IMG/VR virus record: IMGVR_UViG_3300028591_000113
Span: 1 to 46,086 of that record
From: a virus
Taxonomy: Duplodnaviria; Heunggongvirae; Uroviricota; Caudoviricetes
DNA: 46,086 nucleotides
Direction: 5' to 3' (one strand)
Shown: in pieces, positions 41,795 through 46,086 of the stretch
Layout: every line of letters starts with the position of its first letter
How positions within the stretch are numbered: position 1 is the first letter of the stretch
Program-made: the position numbers and the translations under genes
The notes under the pieces: generated by a model
The model's input: only the letters and a program-made list of their open reading frames with translations
Told to the model about the DNA's origin: nothing
The model's database searches: none

Positions 41795-43390
41795 AGGTAA
41801 GTAAAGAAATAAATTATTTCTTTCAAACCCCCTGTGCAACAGCTCCCTACTCGGCGTATACTGCACATTAAAAAACAAAGAAGAGAGTCGAAGCCCACTG
41901 AGCAGACAGGGCAGCGCGAAAGGTCCTAAAGTCTGCTCCCTAACATAAGTTGGAACCCCATGACCGGCAGCCGCAAGGCGGGGGCAACGTACCTCAGAGA
42001 AATCGCCGAGCACGGGCTTAAATTCCCCGAAGCAAGAGGCAGGTTGATTCCCTGCAACTCTTCCTTATGTATTCCTGTGTGTGTTCCAGATGTTCGGACA
42101 CCCTATGCGTCAAGGTAATGGCGCAATTGATGGCCGCCCTAGCTAGGATAGTTCGGTCTAGCAGAAACTAGATGGGCGAGATTAAGTTCTCGTTACGGGT
42201 GCAAATCCTCGAGTGGTCCCAAAACACCCACGCAGCAGTGACCAGGGTGAGTACTAAGACGTCAAAACGTGAAAGCCCCTGCTGTACCGCGGGCCAACAG
42301 CCCCAAGCTTAGATATTAACGCGGTATACAAAAGATTGACAGACCTTGGGAAATCCAATGATAGCGACGGACTGCGGTTCTAACTACAGAGAATAAATAA
42401 GGCTCGCCAGCGGCGACTTGGATAGGCTTAAGAGACTAAACACCTGGACGATGAGCATTGCGCATGCATCTAGCCAAAGCGACTCTCGGAGTTGGCGAGA
42501 TCCAACTGGGTAGGATAGACCCCAATCATTCCGACGCAGCGTCGTGCACTGCTCCTCCAACAAGAATGGGGGATGGACAAGATGAATAAGGCAGTGGTGA
42601 GAGTCCACTTTAAACAACCGTTTCTGCACAAAGTCACTCAGCAGAAGAGTTAATCTGCCGTTAGACACAAACGTAATATGTATGTCTCGACTGCCAGAGA
42701 TAAAGGCTAATAAGTCCATTGGCACGGACCAATGCAATTGGGAGAAACATAGTGTAATGGCTACATGAAACATAGTAGAGGAAAATCCATTAAACTCATC
42801 TGGCGTGGTGCGAAACCAGAAGATTGTCATCGTGGTTGGTGACCTATGTAGGCATGATAACAAACCTTATATTGAGGAGCCACTGAGGTAATGGTAACTC
42901 CGACGGCAATTGATAGTGCCTTGAAAACTATCCGCGCGGCAATGGTTTGTGACAGTCGCAACTGTCTAGGATCAACGATGTGCTGGCGACACCCTGACTC
43001 CTGGGTACGGAGATGCCGGAGAGAAACCGGCACAATAGATTTAGCGTGACTACGGGCGCTTAGTTCAGGGTGAGAACTAAAAAATGCTGAGCCGCTACCG
43101 ATGACGTGAGTCGGTGGGTTGTTCCCTTATCACAAAAACCCTCGTCCATGTGGGTATAAACAGAAATGGACGTCAGCCAGAGAAAGTGAACGCCAACGGG
43201 CGTACTGGAAGTCATGCGGCGGCAAACGTGTGCAGTATCTTTGCCGAGGTACTTATTGTAATCCCTTTGTCTTCGCTGTGGCGCGAAGATCCGCTGATAT
43301 CTGTAAACTATCAAACGTGCTGGCGCATCAGCGTTAAAAAATTAAATGAATGCGCGTATTTGAGACCTCTAGCCAGGTCTCTTTTTATTT
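41795..43390 (+). ncRNA. Candidate giant structured non-coding RNA (~1.55 kb)
   Basis: Promoter and terminator bounded, GC visibly about 50% versus about 30% in the flanks, no credible ORF, long-range helix 41850-41867/43229-43248, many GNRA- and T-loop-like hairpins. Confidence 0.72.
43362..43390 (+). terminator. Terminator ending the candidate giant RNA
   Basis: GAGACCT-CTAGCC-AGGTCTC followed by TTTTTATTTT. Confidence 0.85.
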
Positions 43391-43618
43391 TGAAAAAAAT
43401 TTTTCCGTCTGGATTATACCACGTTTTACGCAGTAAGTCCAGAGTTTTTTATTTAATTTTGGGAAGGAAAACTTTCGACTTTTTCCTCCCCAAATTTTTG
43501 TCCCGAAAAGTATATATTATTCGGGACATTTTTGTCCACTTAACCGGACAATTTGTCCGGGTGGTTAACCTACACATTTTGTGGGTTAACAAAGTAGCAG
43601 GCTTAATGTAAATTATAC

Positions 43619-43647
43619 TTGCAAAAGCCGAGTAAGTATGGCATAAT
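43619..43647 (+). promoter_or_regulatory. Promoter TTGCAA-N17-TG.CATAAT
   Basis: Hexamers with a 17-nt spacer upstream of the operon ending in the sigma gene. Confidence 0.7.
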
Positions 43648-43696
43648 ATATATGAAAGATAAGAAAAGCATTAAAATAAGTAAAGGAGAAAATACG

Positions 43697-43918
43697 ATGA
43701 AACTGAAAGAATTAATTAACGTGATGGATGACGACACAGTAGTCTGTGTTTGTGATGATTATGGCGCGATGACTGATGTTGCACCATTAAAAAACATTGG
43801 TGTTAAAAGCCTTATGAACCATTTAGACCGCGGAGTTAATCGTATTTACTTCGATAAAGAAGATGGTTCAATTACTATTGAATTGGAGGATTATGACTAT
43901 GAGGAAGGAAACGATTAA
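43697..43918 (+). CDS. Small acidic hypothetical protein (73 aa)
   Basis: SD AAGGAG favours ATG 43697. Confidence 0.7.
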   Translation: MKLKELINVMDDDTVVCVCDDYGAMTDVAPLKNIGVKSLMNHLDRGVNRIYFDKEDGSITIELEDYDYEEGND

Positions 43919-44048
43919 GGTTAAGGTTGACCAAACCAAATTACCAAATAAAATGCACTTTGATGTGCAACGTAAAACTCATGCGAACGTCTTCCGTGAC
44001 CGCACGAAGTATACCCGCAAAAGAAAACATAAAAACAAGGAGGATTAA
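43899..44048 (+). CDS. Small basic protein (49 aa) with ArfA/BrfA-like tail
   Basis: SD GGAGG; MRKETIKVKVDQTKLPNKMHFDVQRKTHANVFRDRTKYTRKRKHKNKED. Confidence 0.65.
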   Translation: MRKETIKVKVDQTKLPNKMHFDVQRKTHANVFRDRTKYTRKRKHKNKED

Positions 44049-44050
44049 TT

Positions 44051-44248
44051 ATGTTTGAAGTAAGAAAATTATATAACCACGAATTAGTCCAAACTTTCCC
44101 AACCTACCAAACAATGATCGACTTCATCTGTCAAGAGGCTATGGATTATAACTGCGGTATCTACCGCAAGTGGCCGCAAGATGGTGGCGAATGTTTTGAC
44201 ACGAGTAAGAATGTTTACTTCGTCAAAGAAATTCCCGAAATAGACTAA
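44051..44248 (+). CDS. Small hypothetical protein (65 aa)
   Basis: SD GGAGG; IYRK..DG...FD pattern shared with 35650. Confidence 0.7.
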   Translation: MFEVRKLYNHELVQTFPTYQTMIDFICQEAMDYNCGIYRKWPQDGGECFDTSKNVYFVKEIPEID

Positions 44249-44313
44249 ATAGTTCTGGAATAAACCCGCCAGTTATGTTATAATAAATTATAAAGAAAAG
44301 TAAAGGAGTAAAT

Positions 44314-44568
44314 ATGGCTAAACCAAAAGAATTCCCTGTTGAAGTTAAGAAAGACGTTAACGGATGTTGGTCCGGTAGCGCGTATTTATTAGATAAGAAA
44401 ACCAATAAAGTTTTCTGTGTTAGTTGTGCGGTTGCCCCAGGCACTCACAACAATCAAGCAAAACCACAAATCCGTGAAAGATTAAAAGAAATGTGTGCGG
44501 AACGCATGGAGTTAAATCCTAACTATGTGCGCATTACACACGAAGAAGCAAACAAAATAGATATGTAA
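44314..44568 (+). CDS. Hypothetical protein (84 aa)
   Basis: SD AAGGAG. Confidence 0.7.
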   Translation: MAKPKEFPVEVKKDVNGCWSGSAYLLDKKTNKVFCVSCAVAPGTHNNQAKPQIRERLKEMCAERMELNPNYVRITHEEANKIDM

Positions 44569-44579
44569 GGAGGAACAGC

Positions 44580-45413
44580 ATGGAAACATCATCATTCAAA
44601 GATTATTTAGTTCAAATCGCCAAGTATCCATTACTTCAACCAGAAGAAGAAAAGGCGCTTGCCTATCGTATTCGTGAAGGTGATGAAGATGCGCGTGAAC
44701 AACTCATCAATTCTAACTTACGTCTTGTCGTTTATCTCGCCAAGAACTACAAATCTAACTTCCTCGATTTAGAGGACCTCGTAATGGAAGGTAACCTTGG
44801 TCTTTTTACTGCGGTTGATAAGTTCAACCCAGACTTGGGCAATAGATTTTCAACTTGCGCCACACCATGGATTAAACAAGCCATTATGAAAGCAATTACT
44901 GAAAAGGGTAAGAACGTTCGTTTACCAGCCAACGTCTATCAAGCCCTCAACAACATGAAGAAAGCCGTTGATGCGCTCGCAGAAGATGGCATCTTATCAC
45001 CAACAGACGCGCAAATCGCCGAAAAGATGGGCATTGAAGAAGAAAAGATCGCCCTCTTAAAACAATGGAAGAAAGACACTGTGTCTTTAAGTGTTCCATT
45101 AGGTGATGAAAGCGAAGATACTCTTGAAGACTTACAAGCCGACCCTAACGACGAAAGCCCTGTTGCTTACGCAGAGCGTAAGATGGACGAAGAGTTCGTT
45201 AGAAAAATCTTGAAGGACTTGCCTGACAGAACCCGCACCATCATGAAAATGAGATATGGTTTGGGTGATGAAAATGACCCAGAAGATTGGCAAAGAGAGC
45301 ATACTTTGGAAGAAATTGGTGATTATTTAGGTCTAACTCGTGAAAGAATTAGACAAATTGAGAAACAAACCCTCCAAGAACTTAAAGTTCAGCTCGCAAA
45401 ATACGCTTATTAG
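44580..45413 (+). CDS. Phage-encoded sigma70-family RNA polymerase sigma factor, 277 aa
   Basis: Region 1.2 (DYLVQIAKYPLL), region 2 (NLRLVV...EGNLGL..AVDKF), region 3, region 4.2 (TLEEIG...TRERIRQIE). Confidence 0.95.
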   Translation: METSSFKDYLVQIAKYPLLQPEEEKALAYRIREGDEDAREQLINSNLRLVVYLAKNYKSNFLDLEDLVMEGNLGLFTAVDKFNPDLGNRFSTCATPWIKQAIMKAITEKGKNVRLPANVYQALNNMKKAVDALAEDGILSPTDAQIAEKMGIEEEKIALLKQWKKDTVSLSVPLGDESEDTLEDLQADPNDESPVAYAERKMDEEFVRKILKDLPDRTRTIMKMRYGLGDENDPEDWQREHTLEEIGDYLGLTRERIRQIEKQTLQELKVQLAKYAY

Positions 45414-45510
45414 TGAAAAATTACGACTAAAACCGTTAAAAACCACATAAAATACCGAGATAAAAGGCACAATTACTTGAAAAATTAACACCTTTTGAGT
45501 GAAAAAGTTG

Positions 45511-45539
45511 TTGCCTTTTATCTAAAAGTGGTATATAAT
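45511..45539 (+). promoter_or_regulatory. Promoter TTGCCT-N17-TATAAT
   Basis: Hexamers with a 17-nt spacer. Confidence 0.6.
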
Positions 45540-45720
45540 GTTAATGTAAAGATAAGAAATAAACTAAATGACTTCCTCCTAACCAGCCTTCTCGTGGCGA
45601 AGTCGTGAGTAGGATACTTCCGAAACAAATTGGGTTAAGGTGAAAAAAGTTGTTGCTTAACCGTAACAACTAGCGTAAGATAAAGATAGAAATAAAAAGA
45701 AAGGAAAATGTCTAACTTTT

Positions 45721-46086
45721 ATGGCAGAAAAACAATCAAAGTTCACAGTCAACGATAACGACAGACTTATCGCTGGCGCACTCAAAGGTACTGACGGCCT
45801 CACAATCGCAGAATTAAACGAAGCAATCGGTGGTAACTTACTCCCAATTCACTTCAACCATGCTAAAACTGGTGGTTTCATTGAAAAAATCGGTGAAAGA
45901 ACAGTTACAAAACAACGCCCAAGCCAAGTTTGCGTTTATTACTACATCAATAGTGATGTCGCTTCTGATGCTAAAGGCAACCCATGCAACTACTCTGATG
46001 CTCAAAACGCTATCTTAGCCGCTGCTGCTGGTATGGAAGGTGACTTCATCTTATCCGACCTCGCTAAAGCAATGGGTGTTGAAAAA
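45721..46086 (+). CDS. Tandem winged-helix-like protein, distant paralogue 3, runs off the window and is absent from the ORF track
   Basis: MAEKQSKFTVNDNDRLIAGALKGTDGLTIAELNEAIGG...GFIEKIGERTV...VYYY, then a second unit YSDAQNAILAAAAGMEGDFILSDLAKAMG; strong codon bias. Confidence 0.65.
   Translation, partial: MAEKQSKFTVNDNDRLIAGALKGTDGLTIAELNEAIGGNLLPIHFNHAKTGGFIEKIGERTVTKQRPSQVCVYYYINSDVASDAKGNPCNYSDAQNAILAAAAGMEGDFILSDLAKAMGVEK

Noticed and set aside
42019-42720. Group I intron (P-like AAATTCCCCGAAG at ~42021, R-like AAGAGACTAAA at ~42430) or group II intron
   Set aside because: No convincing Q and S elements or P7 partner, no flanking exons, no group II domain V and no RT/homing ORF.
42776-43175. 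RNase P RNA (GAGGAAAATCCATT at ~42778 and ACAGAAATGGA at ~43160 resemble the P4 strands)
   Set aside because: The P4 consensus is imperfect, the 3' strand has a local partner (GTCCAT at 43145), and other conserved regions were not recognisable; left for cmscan.
42384-43611. ORF-track entries 41762-42013, 42384-42863, 42827-43033, 43060-43314, 43114-43611, 43119-43337
   Set aside because: No SD, atypical codon usage and composition, mutually overlapping; expected by chance in a GC-rich non-coding segment.
45830-46018. 62-aa ORF-track entry
   Set aside because: Alternative frame of the ORF starting at 45721, which was missed because it runs off the window.
1-46086. Suppressor tRNA-Trp(UCA) or other tRNAs
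   Set aside because: No cloverleaf with a canonical T-arm and acceptor stem was found by eye; T-loop-like motifs at 41.8-43.4 kb lack tRNA context. tRNAscan-SE/ARAGORN should confirm.
1-46086. Lysis cassette, integrase, DNA polymerase
   Set aside because: No recognisable motifs in this window; they may lie outside it.

Overview
Part of a large tailed dsDNA phage genome, AT-rich, with Firmicutes/Mollicutes-style sigma70 promoters and Shine-Dalgarno sites. The host is probably anaerobic, since the phage carries class III ribonucleotide reductase. 1-30.7 kb (minus strand) is the morphogenesis module, read right to left: terminase small/large, portal, protease-scaffold, capsid, head-tail joining, major tail, an inserted grx-nrdD-nrdG operon, tape measure, tail tip and fibres. 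The supplied ORF track is fragmented here because TGA is read as Trp (code 4): about 70 in-frame TGAs rejoin the fragments into full-length genes ending in TAA/TAG. 30.9-46 kb (plus strand) is an early/host-takeover region whose genes contain no in-frame TGA. Main unexplained structures: (i) a 7-kb zone (33.5-40.4 kb) with about 75 same-strand copies of AGACGGAA, found in all three reading frames, 14-15 nt upstream of the -35 box of 14 promoters, and flipping orientation at 40.4 kb; a second motif (TAGGTTA) brackets the zone and three paralogous winged-helix-like proteins lie in or near it; (ii) a promoter- and terminator-bounded, ORF-less, GC-rich ~1.55-kb segment (41.8-43.4 kb) with a long-range closing helix and many hairpins, a candidate giant structured ncRNA; (iii) a sigma factor with substituted promoter-melting residues and a small ArfA/BrfA-like basic protein. 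All counts are manual and approximate; no database searches were run.
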